Assembly (NCBI GenBank): GCA_010015805.1
Contig: ML978124.1
Span: 434,001-498,000, forward strand
Length of the DNA stretch: 64,000 nt
Direction: 5' to 3'
Source: Rhizodiscina lignyota
Taxonomy: Eukaryota
Shown: in pieces, positions 62,909 to 64,000 of the stretch
How the letters are laid out: each line of letters starts with the position of its first letter
Position numbering within the stretch: the first letter of the stretch is position 1
The notes under the pieces: model-generated
Told to the model about the DNA's origin: nothing
The model's database searches: none
The model's input: the letters and a program-made list of their open reading frames with translations, nothing else
Translations under genes and position numbers: made by a program

Positions 62909-63729
62909 CCTGACGTCTCTTTTCTATTGTGTTTGTATTTTTGGGCATGGTACATACTCTCCCTTCCCTCTTCAGCAGGCATAAAGAGGAAAGAAAATCG
63001 GTCATATATTTGCATTGTCAGCGAGGTGCATGGCGTTTTTTTCGGACGGAATTGATCAGAATAAAGATCAGGTCGATCCTTTTGGGATAGCGAATGCTCG
63101 GGATTCTTTGCACAAAATACATCTAGTCAATAGATTCATCATGGGCGCTGTACAGCTTGGAGGCCGTAATGCACGAGGCTCTCCTTCCCTTCCTTTCATG
63201 CTTGTAACAAAACATTCTGATAGTCAATAGTAGATCGTAGTATAGCCAATGCAGAATGCTTCTGCAATTCTTTCTTCCATCTATGTTCGCAATTATCGCG
63301 AAGCCATGTCGATCTAGCTCAGAGTGTATCTCGCCCTGCTGCCAATAAACCCATCCACTCCCGCAACTCTGAAACCACACCCCAGTTCAGCCACTCCCGC
63401 AACTGGACCGGTTGCATCTGCGTTTCAATGTAGACTTCCGACGTTCAGGAACCATGCTGGATCAAACATGAAAATATCTAGCTGCCCGCTTGCGTGGTCT
63501 GCGTAACATCTACATTTTCATGTTTTAAGTATCACATAGAGTGGGATCAGCACCAGGGGATTTCAACACCACTTTATTTTCATTCTTTTCACCTCTTATT
63601 AGACTGATCAGAATCTTGCAGTTTCGAAACTTTACTTTGCACCAATTCACTACCATCACCAATTGACGTCGTCTGGAGGTTCGACTTCCACTTCCAATCC
63701 CACATCATCATCGCAACCAACCTTTCACC

Positions 63730-64000
63730 ATGCAGCTCTCCACTCTCCTCATAGTCTTCTTCAGCTCCGCGATTCGCGCCAGCTCCGAGCTTGGCTACAC
63801 TCACATCGACTCTCTCCTCAACAGATTCGCCCCCCGACAAGGTCCGGCGAACCTACAATCATTCGCCGGTCAGCTTGGCGGGCTGGCACCAGCGATCGTA
63901 CAGTCACAGGACCCGAAGAGACCTTTCCAGGTGGCCAACTCCACATTTCCCGACTTCCCTACCGCAGGCCAGAAGACGTGTGATACGCAGTACAACAGTT
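63730..64000 (+). CDS. Possible secreted protein, 5' part only (runs off the window)
   Basis: CACCATG context; MQLSTLLIVFFSSAIRA signal-like peptide; frame open to the window end. Confidence 0.35.
   Translation, partial: MQLSTLLIVFFSSAIRASSELGYTHIDSLLNRFAPRQGPANLQSFAGQLGGLAPAIVQSQDPKRPFQVANSTFPDFPTAGQKTCDTQYNS

Overview
Gene-dense region of a filamentous ascomycete (Pezizomycotina) genome. Introns are short GT-AG type with CTRAC branch sites. About 23 protein-coding genes can be supported. Most are conserved housekeeping genes: EamA and MFS transporters, a Rab4/Ypt4-like GTPase, PAF acetylhydrolase, Sfp1, a carboxylesterase, Tim10, mitochondrial LysRS, Gwt1, Sfr1/Mei5, an SRA/YDG protein, a PEP-mutase-family protein, a CYP505 P450-reductase fusion, FRG1, a CNT nucleoside transporter, Pxa1 and a Mid2-like sensor. 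Five things are not explained by routine annotation. (1) A co-oriented minus-strand patch at 45.5-52.4 kb carries two paralogous intronless genes whose shared domain follows the motif order of PemK/MazF-type RNase toxins. The same patch holds a putatively myristoylated BTB protein and a small tail-anchored ORF. (2) A 353-bp hAT-type non-autonomous element has perfect 17-bp TIRs and an 8-bp TSD. (3) A diverged ~165-bp tandem array at 26.66-27.55 kb has two unit subtypes. (4) A ~1089-aa six-exon protein carries an isolated SCA7 (Sgf73/ataxin-7) zinc-binding domain. (5) A ~260-codon reading frame is interrupted by a single TAG. All family assignments come from recognising motifs by eye; no database searches were run.
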